From contig JBBRRA010000004.1 in assembly GCA_038225475.1 (NCBI GenBank), positions 168,710 through 232,709 of the forward strand: a stretch of DNA of 64,000 bases. The letters run 5' to 3'. The notes under the pieces are model-generated. The model did not search any database. It was not told where the DNA came from and saw only the letters and a list, made by a program, of their open reading frames with translations. Source of the stretch: Sphingomonadales bacterium. GTDB taxonomy: Bacteria > Pseudomonadota > Alphaproteobacteria > Sphingomonadales > Sphingomonadaceae. A program made the position numbers and the translations under genes. Below are positions 1-9,518 of this stretch, in pieces; positions within the stretch are counted from its first letter, which is position 1; each line of letters starts with the position of its first letter.

Positions 1-737
1 GCGCCGATCTCCTCGACGGTGGCAAAACGCTTGTTCGGCTGGGCGGCGAGCAGGACATCGCGGATCACGGCCTCGCGGTTGATGCTGCGCGCGCGCGCGG
101 TGTCGGCAATCTGGTTTTCGACGAGCGGCGTCCAGACATAGCCGGGACAGATTGCGGTGCAGGTGATCCCATGCTGCGCGCCTTCGAGCGCGACGGTCTT
201 GGTCAATCCGAGCACGCCGTGTTTTGCAGCGACATAAGCGCTTTTGAACGGCGACGCGACCAGCGCATGCGCCGAAGCGACATTGACGATCCGGCCGAAG
301 CCATTGGCTTTCATCGGCCCGAAGGCGGCACGGATCGTGTGGAACGCCGCCGACAGGTTAAGCGCGATGATCGCGTCCCATTTCTCGACGGGGAAGGTCT
401 CGATCGGGCTGACATGCTGAATGCCGGCATTGTTGACGAGGATATCGACATGCCCGAACTGCGCGATGCTGAGCTCGACCAGTCCGGCGGCTCCGGCAGG
501 GTCGAGCAGGTTGGCGTCGTTATAGACCACCCTGGTGCCGAGCCTTTCGAGGTCGGCGCGGGTGGCAGCGATCGCTGCGGCATCGCCCAGCCCGTTGATG
601 ACGATGTCGGCACCGGCTTCGGCCAGGGCACGGGCAACGCCAAGGCCGATGCCGCTGGTCGATCCGGTGACAATGGCAACGCGTCCGGCAAGCGGCAGCG
701 CGGCGGGGACGGCATTCGCGGCGGGCATGGCAGGCAT
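1..737 (-). CDS. bdhA: 3-hydroxybutyrate dehydrogenase (SDR family), 3' end runs off the window
   Basis: Manual translation, not in the ORF track: MPAMPAANAVPAALPLAGRVAIVTGSTSGIGLGVA...NNAGIQHVSPIETFPVEKWDAII...SPFKSAYVAAKHG. Has TGxxxGIG, NNAG and YxxxK; start 737 or 728. Confidence 0.88.
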   Translation of the reverse strand, partial: MPAMPAANAVPAALPLAGRVAIVTGSTSGIGLGVARALAEAGADIVINGLGDAAAIAATRADLERLGTRVVYNDANLLDPAGAAGLVELSIAQFGHVDILVNNAGIQHVSPIETFPVEKWDAIIALNLSAAFHTIRAAFGPMKANGFGRIVNVASAHALVASPFKSAYVAAKHGVLGLTKTVALEGAQHGITCTAICPGYVWTPLVENQIADTARARSINREAVIRDVLLAAQPNKRFATVEEIG

Positions 738-918
738 CCTGAAAAGCAATGCCGACGCTATCGACGCATTCCGACCGCTGCTGAAATGCCGTTTGGGTAT
801 CGTTTCGATGCCGACATACGATTGGGCGCGCCTGCGCTCGGGGTGTATTGAACGTCGGTGTCAGGACATCGGTTTGCCGGTTCCGGGCCGCCCTGCAACC
901 AAGATAGGATGATGACCC

Positions 919-1368
919 ATGTTCCTTTCGACCTTCCGGCAGTCCGCCATTGCGCTGCTTGCCGCCGCCGCTTTTGTATCGCCTGCGCTCGCCAGCGAAT
1001 GCCCCGCCGGTCAGGCGGGTACCAATGCGCTTGCCGGCGCTCCGACCAGCCCCAAGGGCGTCACCGATACCGTCATCGGCTCGGTCGATCTCGGTTCGGA
1101 GATTTCGGTTCCCGACCGGCAACTGCGGACCCGCCGTCTGGTCGTGCAGCCGGGTGGCATCGTCCCGCTGCATAGCCATGTCGACCGCCCGGCGCTGATT
1201 TATACCGTCAGCGGCTCGATCACCGAGCATCGCAGCAACTGCGCTGTGCCGATCGTCCATAAGGCGGGCGATATCGCGCGCGAAGCCGAGGGGATTTCAC
1301 ACTATTGGGTCAATACGGGCAAAGTGCCCGCCGTGCTGCTGTCGTCGGACGTTCATCACGGCAACTAA
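919..1368 (+). CDS. secreted cupin domain protein
   Basis: Signal peptide (SAIALLAAAAFVSPALA); cupin motifs PLHSHVDRP and EAEGISHYWVNTG. Confidence 0.85.
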   Translation: MFLSTFRQSAIALLAAAAFVSPALASECPAGQAGTNALAGAPTSPKGVTDTVIGSVDLGSEISVPDRQLRTRRLVVQPGGIVPLHSHVDRPALIYTVSGSITEHRSNCAVPIVHKAGDIAREAEGISHYWVNTGKVPAVLLSSDVHHGN

Positions 1369-1385
1369 GCCTGCACCGTGACGCG

Positions 1386-1422
1386 GGCAGGGCTTCGTTC
1401 CGATCGGGAACGATGCCCTGCC
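1386..1422. terminator. GC-rich hairpin between convergent genes, probable bidirectional terminator
   Basis: GGCAGGGC-T-TCGTTCC / GGAACGA-T-GCCCTGCC inverted repeat just after the cupin stop and just before the stop at 1427. Confidence 0.6.
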
Positions 1423-1426
1423 GGCC

Positions 1427-2506
1427 TTAGCGCACGCGCGCCATTTCAGTGACGAGCGTGGTGCTGACCTGGGCAAAACCCCTTGTCAGTTCGGTCTCGA
1501 ATGTCGGCTGGTCGGTGCGCAGTTCGTACGATGACCGGTTGCCATAGTGCATCGCGCCGATCATGCCGCCCCCGCCGCCAGCGAACGCGCCGAGAAAGCG
1601 CGACGCGGCGATTGCGACATTGCCGGCGGTTTGCGCGGCCTTGTTTGCAGCACTCGTAGTGCCGACCAGTTCGCCCAGCTTGTTCGTTGCGACCGGCTGG
1701 CCGAGCGCAACGCGCGCATAGGCCCCGTCGGCGGGAACCACGACGACGCGGTTGTACGCAGGTACGAAGGTCATCGCGCCGTCGGTCCTGCCCGACCCCT
1801 TGGTCATCCAGAAGTCGCGATTGATGTGCGCCTGCCCGCCGAGCAACGTGATCCGGACATCGAGCAGCGCTGCGCCGAGCGCCTTGGCAACAACGCGCTG
1901 CCGGGCGTAGTCGACCATGGCAAAGCCCGCGCCGAAGTTCGACCCCCAGCCGACATAGGGATCGCGCACCGGCTTCTTGCCGAACGGCAGGCTGAACTGC
2001 GGCCCTTTGGGCACGAAAAACGCCTCGTCGACCACGTACATCGGTAGGCCTTGCGCGCTGATGTAATGATTATGCCCGGCGGCGGTCTTTTCGAGCCGCG
2101 TCGCCCCGGCTTCGGTGTGCTTGAACTTGGCGAAATCGGCATTGGCGAGCAATTCGGCGTTCGGCACGACCGTATAGCCCTGCGCGGTCAGGTCGGCGGC
2201 GAACTGCGTATACATCGCCTCGACCAGCGCGGTGTACCGCGCCGGATCGGTGCCGACCAGATTAACGATGATGTCGGTCGGTGCGCCGGTGACGAGCTCG
2301 AGCCCGCCGATGTCGGCCGATGCCTCGACGCGGTCGAGAATGTCGACAGTGAATGCGCCGATCGCGACGCGGCCGAGCCCATGCAACGTGGCCGGGTTCT
2401 CGACCGTGGTCGGCGGCGCCTCGACGGTGGCGGTGCGCGCCTCCGCATCGCTCGCCCAGACGCAGGCGAGCGCCAGCAGACTGCCGTACAGAATATTCGA
2501 AGCCAT
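1427..2506 (-). CDS. hypothetical exported protein (359 aa)
   Basis: Long ORF, AGGGGG RBS, N-terminal signal-like segment (LYGSLLALACVWASDAEA); no recognisable family. Confidence 0.75.
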   Translation of the reverse strand: MASNILYGSLLALACVWASDAEARTATVEAPPTTVENPATLHGLGRVAIGAFTVDILDRVEASADIGGLELVTGAPTDIIVNLVGTDPARYTALVEAMYTQFAADLTAQGYTVVPNAELLANADFAKFKHTEAGATRLEKTAAGHNHYISAQGLPMYVVDEAFFVPKGPQFSLPFGKKPVRDPYVGWGSNFGAGFAMVDYARQRVVAKALGAALLDVRITLLGGQAHINRDFWMTKGSGRTDGAMTFVPAYNRVVVVPADGAYARVALGQPVATNKLGELVGTTSAANKAAQTAGNVAIAASRFLGAFAGGGGGMIGAMHYGNRSSYELRTDQPTFETELTRGFAQVSTTLVTEMARVR

Positions 2507-2577
2507 GTGCCGATGCCCCCTGATGTCGCCGGTTTGCCGCCAGCCGTATCTGCATGGCAGACCCGGCGCGCCACCGG

Positions 2578-2595
2578 CATCCCCTGTTCAGGGGA
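2578..2595. promoter_or_regulatory. palindromic operator copy 1 (CATCCCCTGTTCAGGGGA)
   Basis: Identical 18-mer at 25227-25244; lies 71 nt upstream of the start at 2506. Confidence 0.7.
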
Positions 2596-2615
2596 GAGCG
2601 CCCGAAAAACCGGCG

Positions 2616-4730
2616 CTATCGCAGCGGGATCGACACGGTAACCTGCGTGCCCGGGGCCCGCGGCGTCACGGTGAACCCGCCGCGCAAGTCGGTGATCCGC
2701 TGGCGGATGTTGGCAAGGCCGTGTCCGCCGTCGCGGGGGTCCGCGATGCCGCAACCATCATCGCGGACGTCGATGTGCAGGACATCATCGGCCGCGTGTG
2801 CGGTAACGACGACCGAGCGCGCGCCCGAATGCTTGAGGATGTTCGAGATGATTTCGCGGTGCGACGAGGTCAGGCCTTTGTACGCCGTATAGTCGAGGTC
2901 GTGCGCAGCGAACGGATCGACCGGTAGCGCCCAGTCTAGGTCGATCTTCGCTGCTGCGAGCCGCCCCGCCGTTTCGAAGCGCAAGTCGGCCATCACCCGG
3001 TCGAGCGCGATCTGGTCGCCAGCGAGGCTGCTGATGATCGTGCGAATGTCGGCCATCGCCTGCCGGATGTCGCCGCGCACCAAAACCACGTCGTCGCGGT
3101 GCAGCCCCGTCAGCAGGCGCGCGCCGACATCGTCGTGCAGATCGCGTGCGATGCGCTGGCGTTCCTCGGCGACGCCGCGCGCATATTCGTCGCGCGTGGT
3201 CTCGGCGCGCCGCATCAGCGCGACGACTTCGCGGGCCAGCACGACTTCGGCCGGACCGAAGAGTTTTCGCCCGCCGTCGCGGTGGCGCAGGATTAGCGCG
3301 CTCTCGTCCGCGGCTGCTGGAATCGCGAGCGCATTGCCCTGGCGGTCGATTTCGGGATCGACCGACGCCGCGTCGCCGGTCTCGATGTGGAGCGGATCGA
3401 ACAGTTTGTTGAGCAACGCGCGCCAGCCCGCGCGGCGTGCCGCCGCCGACGGTGCAAACGCGACTGCGGTGGCGGTCTGAAACAGCTCGCTGTCGGTCAT
3501 CGCCGGTCGCCCGACAATGTGTTGCCAGACGAACAGCCGCGCCGGCAAATAGAGAAAGCCGATCACCAGCAGCGCGAGGACAAACGCCGTGCGCCCCTTG
3601 ATCCCCAGCCCGCCGATCAACAGCGCGTCGAGCGCCAGCAGCCCGATCGTCGCCGCCGCACCGAGGATGATCCGATAGGTCCAGCGGTCGATGTCGAACA
3701 GTCTTGATCTGCCGATGCCGAAGGCGATGCTTCCATAAACGATGAACACCGGGATAAACGACATGCCGTCGCCCCCCAAGGACGGACCGCCGAGGAACTG
3801 CGGCATCGCCATCATCACGCTGAGGCTGCCGGTTCCCGCCAGCGTGGTGACGCCGACCCAGCGGAGGGCGGCGCGCGCGGCCGGGTCGCGGCGGCTATGG
3901 ATCCACTGCACCACCAGTACCACGACAAACGCACCCAGCGCGATCAACAGCCCGGCGTAAAACGCGCTCAGCGGCAGCCAGCCGAGGCCGCTCGCCGTAC
4001 CCAACGCCGCCGCGACCACGATCAGCGCAACCGGCAGCCATGGCCGTACGAGCCGCGCGGGCTGGCAAAGATAAAGCCCGACCATACCGGCGGCGGCGAC
4101 GTTCGAACCGATGAAGTTCAGGGCTTGCATGACCTGCAGCAGCGTGCCGCCGGCGGTGAGCTCGCGGGCGTCGAACATCGCGCCGCTGAATGCCGCGAGC
4201 GTTATCCCCGCACACGATATGAAGAACAGTCGCGCACCCAGGTCGCGGGGCCGCACGACGCTCAGCCACAGCCCGAGCAACCCGACCGCGCAGCCCTGCG
4301 CGAGCAGCAGCCAGACATCTATCGACAACCGGTTGGGCACGCGCGGGGGGGCGTGAAGCACCAGCGGACGTGCGCCGGCGATCGCCACCACAACGGGCGG
4401 CGCGCGGGCGATCCGCGTCAACTGGTCATGCCGCGCATACCATGCCGCAATTTGCGCAGGCGTTCCCGTCGGCGCGTAGTCGGGCAACAGTTCATCGGCG
4501 CGCCACGTCGTGCTGCCGCCGCTGCTGCGGAACTGCACCGTAGTGGCGGGGTCGATCCGGGCGAGCGTTCGGCCATCGGCAGCACGCGCGTCGATCTGCG
4601 CGCCATCCTCGGCAAACGAGACGCCGACGCTCGGCATCTGCAATGCCGCCACGACGATAACGAATGCCAACGCGACCAGCGCATAGGCCGCGATGACAAC
4701 GACCTTACCCGGGGAGCGCACGTGCCACAT
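2616..4730 (-). CDS. multi-TM sensor histidine kinase (HisKA_3/NarX-like)
   Basis: Multiple TM helices; H-box ERQRIARDLHDDVGARL; N-box SNILKHS; DDGCGI; GGHGLANI. Confidence 0.92.
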   Translation of the reverse strand: MWHVRSPGKVVVIAAYALVALAFVIVVAALQMPSVGVSFAEDGAQIDARAADGRTLARIDPATTVQFRSSGGSTTWRADELLPDYAPTGTPAQIAAWYARHDQLTRIARAPPVVVAIAGARPLVLHAPPRVPNRLSIDVWLLLAQGCAVGLLGLWLSVVRPRDLGARLFFISCAGITLAAFSGAMFDARELTAGGTLLQVMQALNFIGSNVAAAGMVGLYLCQPARLVRPWLPVALIVVAAALGTASGLGWLPLSAFYAGLLIALGAFVVVLVVQWIHSRRDPAARAALRWVGVTTLAGTGSLSVMMAMPQFLGGPSLGGDGMSFIPVFIVYGSIAFGIGRSRLFDIDRWTYRIILGAAATIGLLALDALLIGGLGIKGRTAFVLALLVIGFLYLPARLFVWQHIVGRPAMTDSELFQTATAVAFAPSAAARRAGWRALLNKLFDPLHIETGDAASVDPEIDRQGNALAIPAAADESALILRHRDGGRKLFGPAEVVLAREVVALMRRAETTRDEYARGVAEERQRIARDLHDDVGARLLTGLHRDDVVLVRGDIRQAMADIRTIISSLAGDQIALDRVMADLRFETAGRLAAAKIDLDWALPVDPFAAHDLDYTAYKGLTSSHREIISNILKHSGARSVVVTAHAADDVLHIDVRDDGCGIADPRDGGHGLANIRQRITDLRGGFTVTPRAPGTQVTVSIPLR

Positions 4731-4781
4731 CGGTGGTCACTATAAGATATCGTTTACGATTGGATACAAGCCGTTGCGCGA

Positions 4782-5462
4782 TCAGGTGAGATTGCGGCGG
4801 TTCGCCTCAAGTGCAGCTTCGGCGCGCGAAGCGATGCCCAGTTTGCGATAGATATTCTTGACGTGCGTCGCGACGGTCTGACTGCTGAGCGTCAGGACGG
4901 AGGCGGCCTCCGCCAGCGTCAGCCCGCGCCCGATCAACCGCAGCACTTCGGTCTCGCGCGCCGTCAGCGCCTCGGCAGCGGTGGGCCCGGCGCTCATGAA
5001 ACTCGCGTGCAGCCGGAATTGATCGAGAATACGCCGGGCGATCGCGGGGGAAATCGGTGCCTGCCCGTGATCAAGCCCGCGCAACCGGGTGACCAGCTCG
5101 GTGGCGTCACGGTCCTTGAGCAGATAGCCGTGTGCGCCCGCCGCCATCGCGCGGAGCAGATGGCCATCATCGTCGTAAACGGTCGTCACGACGATCTCGA
5201 CCTCGGGGTGAAAATCCCGGAGTTCGCGGATCAGGTCGATGCCCGATCCGTCGGGAAGCCCGAGATCGATCAGCGCGACCAGGCCAGCCGGGCAGGGCAT
5301 GTGGTCGGCAAGCCATTTACGCGCGGTGCGCACATCGACGGCGGTATCCACGACGATGTCGCCGAACGCTTCGCGTGCCACCTTGACCAGCCACGACCGC
5401 GTCTCGGCGATATCCTCGACGATAAACGCGCTGCGCGACGTCGGAGGAGCGATGCTGTCCAT
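4782..5462 (-). CDS. NarL/LuxR-family response regulator
   Basis: Receiver domain (IVEDI, LIDLGLPDGSG, GYLLKD) and C-terminal HTH (LTARETEVL...TVATHVKNIYRKLG); co-oriented and adjacent to the kinase. Confidence 0.95.
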   Translation of the reverse strand: MDSIAPPTSRSAFIVEDIAETRSWLVKVAREAFGDIVVDTAVDVRTARKWLADHMPCPAGLVALIDLGLPDGSGIDLIRELRDFHPEVEIVVTTVYDDDGHLLRAMAAGAHGYLLKDRDATELVTRLRGLDHGQAPISPAIARRILDQFRLHASFMSAGPTAAEALTARETEVLRLIGRGLTLAEAASVLTLSSQTVATHVKNIYRKLGIASRAEAALEANRRNLT

Positions 5463-5493
5463 ACTGCTATGTACCGCTGCCGCGCGGCGGGAA

Positions 5494-5511
5494 CATCCCC
5501 TGATCCGGGTA
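5494..5511. promoter_or_regulatory. palindromic operator copy 2, degenerate (CATCCCCTGATCCGGGTA)
   Basis: 15/18 match to copies 1 and 3; 31 nt upstream of the regulator start, in the divergent region shared with the S8 operon. Confidence 0.6.
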
Positions 5512-5690
5512 GCTCGCGAAAGTTTGACTCCGCTTTTTCCGGCTTCACGGGCGCGTCGGCTTGCAATCAGCGCCGATATATGTATAAGTTAATGTAATAA
5601 TGCATGCGAGCGTGGGTCGCCGCAGCAAATCTACGATAGTTGATTGCTCATAACGACCCAAATTTGACACTCATTTTTATGGGGGGTTCA

Positions 5691-7031
5691 ATGCTCACGC
5701 CCGTTATCGCAGTATTCCCATCTTCCGAGGCCATGCAGAATTCTGCAGCAGCCGATGTCACGACTCTGGATGTGCAGAATGTGCAAGTTCCCGATGGGCT
5801 GGTGCTCGATCCGAACTTTGCAGCGATCCCCCTCGGCGGAGGAACATTGGACAGCATGACGTCCGAGGCCATGACGCCTGCCGGATCGAGCCTGTTTGCT
5901 GTCCGGGGCTTCGTCGATGCCGATCCGGATGAGGGACCGCCGCAGACGATGGGGCAGGCGACGATCTATGCGGATCCGCAGATCGAGGTCTATCTGACCT
6001 GTGGCGGCACACCGCCGGTTGGCACAGCGCAGGACGTTGCCACCAACCTTGGCGTCGCGAGCCTTGGCGCGAAAGGCTTGACCGGTGCCAATGTCGGCAT
6101 CGTCATCATGGATACCGGGATCAACCTTGCCCATCTGACCAACGTCATGGGTTCGACGCCGAAACTCGATGTCGCCAACAGCTTTACGCCGCCCGGCTCA
6201 ACGACGGCGCCGGGGCGGTACAAGGTTCACCACGGGACAATGTGCGCATTCGATGCGCTGATCGCAGCGCCTTCGGCGACGCTGATCGACTATCCGATCC
6301 TTGCCGTTGCGTCGGCTGGTGGGTCGACGATCAGCGGCACGCTGAGCCTCGCGTTGCTTGCCTTTGCGCGCGTGCTCGGGTCGTGGGGCGTGGCGTTCGC
6401 GCCGGGAGGGCTCAGCCAATATAATGGGCTAGTGGTCAGCAACAGCTGGGGCATTTTCAATCCGAACTGGGATTTCCCGGTCAATCATCCCGGCCGTTAT
6501 TGCGACAACCCCAACCATCCGTTCAATTTGTTGCTCGGCGTGATGGCGCAGTCGGGAATCGATGTGGTGTTTGCCGCGGGCAATTGCGGTGCCGACTGCG
6601 CTGACTTGCGCTGTGCCGGCCGCACGACGGAGGCGATCATGGGCGCGAGCGCAATGCAGCCCGTGCTAACGCTCGCCGGCTGCGATAACAGCGGGGTGCG
6701 TGTCGGCTATTCATCGCAGGGGCCGTCGATCGCCAACATGTTCCAGGAAAAGCCCGACATCACCGCGTATACGCACTTTGCCGGATCGCGGGCGTTCGGC
6801 CCGAATTCGCCCGATTCGGGAACGTCGGCGGCATGTCCGGTGGCGGCGGGCTGCGTAGCGGCTTTGCGCACCAGCATTGCGCCGCGCGACGCTGCGTCGA
6901 CCCCGGCGGTCCTGTTCGACAAGCTGCGTTCCACAGCAGGACAGGGCGGTGGGCTGCCGGCGGGATGGAACGGCGACTACGGCTTCGGGATCATCGATCC
7001 CGGCGCTACGGCCACCGCTTTCGGGCTTTAG
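5691..7031 (+). CDS. S8 (subtilisin-like) serine peptidase with N-terminal prodomain, no signal peptide
   Basis: Catalytic motifs IMDTGI (Asp), HHGTMCA (His), FAAGNCG (oxyanion Asn), GTSAACP (Ser). ATG 5691 follows GGGGGG RBS; the track start at 5640 is probably too long. Confidence 0.92.
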   Translation: MLTPVIAVFPSSEAMQNSAAADVTTLDVQNVQVPDGLVLDPNFAAIPLGGGTLDSMTSEAMTPAGSSLFAVRGFVDADPDEGPPQTMGQATIYADPQIEVYLTCGGTPPVGTAQDVATNLGVASLGAKGLTGANVGIVIMDTGINLAHLTNVMGSTPKLDVANSFTPPGSTTAPGRYKVHHGTMCAFDALIAAPSATLIDYPILAVASAGGSTISGTLSLALLAFARVLGSWGVAFAPGGLSQYNGLVVSNSWGIFNPNWDFPVNHPGRYCDNPNHPFNLLLGVMAQSGIDVVFAAGNCGADCADLRCAGRTTEAIMGASAMQPVLTLAGCDNSGVRVGYSSQGPSIANMFQEKPDITAYTHFAGSRAFGPNSPDSGTSAACPVAAGCVAALRTSIAPRDAASTPAVLFDKLRSTAGQGGGLPAGWNGDYGFGIIDPGATATAFGL

Positions 7032-7039
7032 CCGTGTCG

Positions 7040-7300
7040 ATGCCGGTGGATCACGGCGCTGCACCGGCGGCTGCGCTGATGATCGTCAGGGGCGACACGG
7101 GGCCGCCGTCGCTGGCGGAAGCCGCCCGCCAACTCAACGCCACGACGGATGCGATCGATGCCACGTTCGGCGTAGTGCCGATCGATCCGGCAAAAGGGCT
7201 GTATTCGGTGCGGGTCGATGCGGCGCGGTTTGCCGGCCATTCCGATCCGCAGCAGGGGCCGTTTGCCGATCCCCCTATCGGACCGCTCAAGCCCGATTGA
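7040..7300 (+). CDS. small hypothetical protein (~86 aa) resembling the S8 prodomain
   Basis: Starts 8 nt after the protease stop. FGVVPID..GLYSVRVDA..FADPPIG parallels FAAIPLG..SLFAVRGFVDA..YADPQIE of the protease N-terminus. Confidence 0.7.
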   Translation: MPVDHGAAPAAALMIVRGDTGPPSLAEAARQLNATTDAIDATFGVVPIDPAKGLYSVRVDAARFAGHSDPQQGPFADPPIGPLKPD

Positions 7301-7343
7301 CGCGCCGACCGTGCGCGCCGTGCACGCCGATTAAGGACAAGCA

Positions 7344-9518
7344 ATGGGTTTGGACCTGATCTCCCGCCGATTTTCGCTGCACCGGGCCGCGTTCGACCCG
7401 GCAACGCTTGCGGTTGCCGAAACCCCCGGTGTCGGGGCGATAGCGACCGTGCAGCCATCGTTGATGATCGCCCAGCCGGTGTCGTCGATGATCCTGCGGT
7501 CATCGCGTGTCGCCACCGTCAATCCGGCGATCCTGCATTTCCTGCGCCCCGACCTGCTGCCGCCGATCGCCATCGACGGCGGCAGCGCGCGGGGCAGTTT
7601 TGCGCTGCCAACGCTGATTTCGCCGGTAGCGCAGCCCAACGATACGACCTTATTCGAAGCGCCCGCCGACCCCGGACAGCGGTTTTTCCTGGCGCGCTTT
7701 GCGCTGGCGGCAACCACCGGAACGGGCGGCCGGGCGAAATGGGTGGCATTGGTCACGACCGATCAGGGCGTCGCGTTGACCGTTCACCTTGCCGACGTGA
7801 CCGATCAAACGGCAGTCGCGGGCGCAACCCGGCTCGACGCAGACACGCGGTATATGATTACCGCGCAACTGAGCGGCCGCGTCGTCACCTGGGATTTGGC
7901 GGTGGCTGCAGCGACCGACGGTGCCGCGCTCAAACTCGAACTCGCACTCACCGATTTTGCCAGCCGCGACGGGCTGTATGCCGCGATGACCGATCCGGCG
8001 GCGCGTGCGGCACTGATCATCCGCCGTTCGGTACCGCTGGCGCTGCCGACGGCGGCGGATGCGACGCTCTATCATGCTGCACCGGTCTCGATCGATACGA
8101 GCATCGATTTTCTGTTCAACCGCGACCTCGACGCGAGCGTGTTCGCGGCTGCCGGCGCGGCACCGGCCGGTGCTGCAAAAGCGTGGAACGCCGTTACCGT
8201 GAACTGGCACGGCCGCCAGCACAGCTATTTCCAGTCGCGCGCGCAGGCCGATCAGGTGTTCTTCCTGCCCGACGCGTTCAAGGTCGTGCGGCAGGACAAG
8301 CCGCCGCACGCCCCGGCGCTGTCGGTGACGTCCGCCGGCGACACAGCCGACACGGTTGCGCTGACGCTGTCGTACCTTGCGCAACCGGTCTGGGATCCGC
8401 AGCGCATCGCCGATGCCGCAACCAAGCTGCAGCCGATGCTGTCGCTTGCCGCACCCCCAAGCTTTGCAGTGTTCGAGGCTGCGGACGCGAAGTTGGTGCT
8501 GACGTTGCCCGTGCCGGGGCAGGCGAGCGGCACCGCGCTTGCCGAACAGCATGATGCGATCATCGATATTGCGGCCGGGATTCGCGGTGCGATCACGCTC
8601 GACCTCGCGCACTTTCGCCAGATTTTCGATGCGCTGTTCGATCAGGTCAGCCCGATGCTGGCAGGCGAGGTGCGCATTGTCGTCGAAGGTAACGCCGTGG
8701 CGGTGCCTTTCATCGCGCGCGCCAACGATTTTGTCGGGGAGGTTTTGCACGCCGAGTCGACGATCGACGCCAAGCACGGCGCACTGGTCACGACGCTGAC
8801 CAATGCCATCGAAAGCCCGGTCCGCATCAACGGCCTCGATGGCAGCATCGCCAAGGGCGGCACGCCGATCCGGTCGAAAATCGGCACCGTGCTGCCGGCT
8901 TTACCGGTCACGCTCAGCCCGGCTCCGACCGGCGGAGCCGCGCCGGACACGCTTTCGGTCACGCTGACCACCGCGCAGGGTGACATTGTCACCGATGTGC
9001 TCGGGTCGCTGCTCGGCGGTTTGTTGGGCGGCGGGCATGTCGATGCCGGCGCTTCGGCAAAGAACGCTGCTGGCGGGCTGATCGCCGATACGCTCGATGC
9101 GACGTGCACCCCGTTGTTCGATTTCAGCAAGGTCGAGGTGCTCGCCGACCCAGCAGCCATCTGGCGTGCGGTCATGCAGAACCGGCAACTCGGCCCGGTA
9201 ACGCGCGTGGTGTCGCTGCGCACGATCGCCGCGATGCTGAAAGCCGCCGACCCCAGCAAGCCCGACGCTGTGCTGGCGATCCAGGTGGTGTTCGAATCGG
9301 GCCAGACGGCAACCTTCGATGCCTCGCTGACCCCCGATGCGGCAGGGTTCATCAATGCGACGATCAAGCTGTCGGTCCCGATGGAGGCGTATATCCTCGG
9401 GACCGCCGATACCGGTAGCTACCGGTACCGGATCGACCGTGTGACGCCCGGCGGCATGATCGCGGGACCGTGGGTCAGCGACAATCGCGACGTCCTGTTC
9501 GTGACCAGCGCGCGATGA
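7344..9518 (+). CDS. hypothetical protein P1 (724 aa), divergent member of the 5-paralog family
   Basis: AAGGA RBS; two degenerate core-like motifs (LFEAPADPGQRFFLA; YFQSRAQADQVFFLP); C-terminal YRYRIDRVTPGG...W...LFV repeat end. Confidence 0.8.
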   Translation: MGLDLISRRFSLHRAAFDPATLAVAETPGVGAIATVQPSLMIAQPVSSMILRSSRVATVNPAILHFLRPDLLPPIAIDGGSARGSFALPTLISPVAQPNDTTLFEAPADPGQRFFLARFALAATTGTGGRAKWVALVTTDQGVALTVHLADVTDQTAVAGATRLDADTRYMITAQLSGRVVTWDLAVAAATDGAALKLELALTDFASRDGLYAAMTDPAARAALIIRRSVPLALPTAADATLYHAAPVSIDTSIDFLFNRDLDASVFAAAGAAPAGAAKAWNAVTVNWHGRQHSYFQSRAQADQVFFLPDAFKVVRQDKPPHAPALSVTSAGDTADTVALTLSYLAQPVWDPQRIADAATKLQPMLSLAAPPSFAVFEAADAKLVLTLPVPGQASGTALAEQHDAIIDIAAGIRGAITLDLAHFRQIFDALFDQVSPMLAGEVRIVVEGNAVAVPFIARANDFVGEVLHAESTIDAKHGALVTTLTNAIESPVRINGLDGSIAKGGTPIRSKIGTVLPALPVTLSPAPTGGAAPDTLSVTLTTAQGDIVTDVLGSLLGGLLGGGHVDAGASAKNAAGGLIADTLDATCTPLFDFSKVEVLADPAAIWRAVMQNRQLGPVTRVVSLRTIAAMLKAADPSKPDAVLAIQVVFESGQTATFDASLTPDAAGFINATIKLSVPMEAYILGTADTGSYRYRIDRVTPGGMIAGPWVSDNRDVLFVTSAR

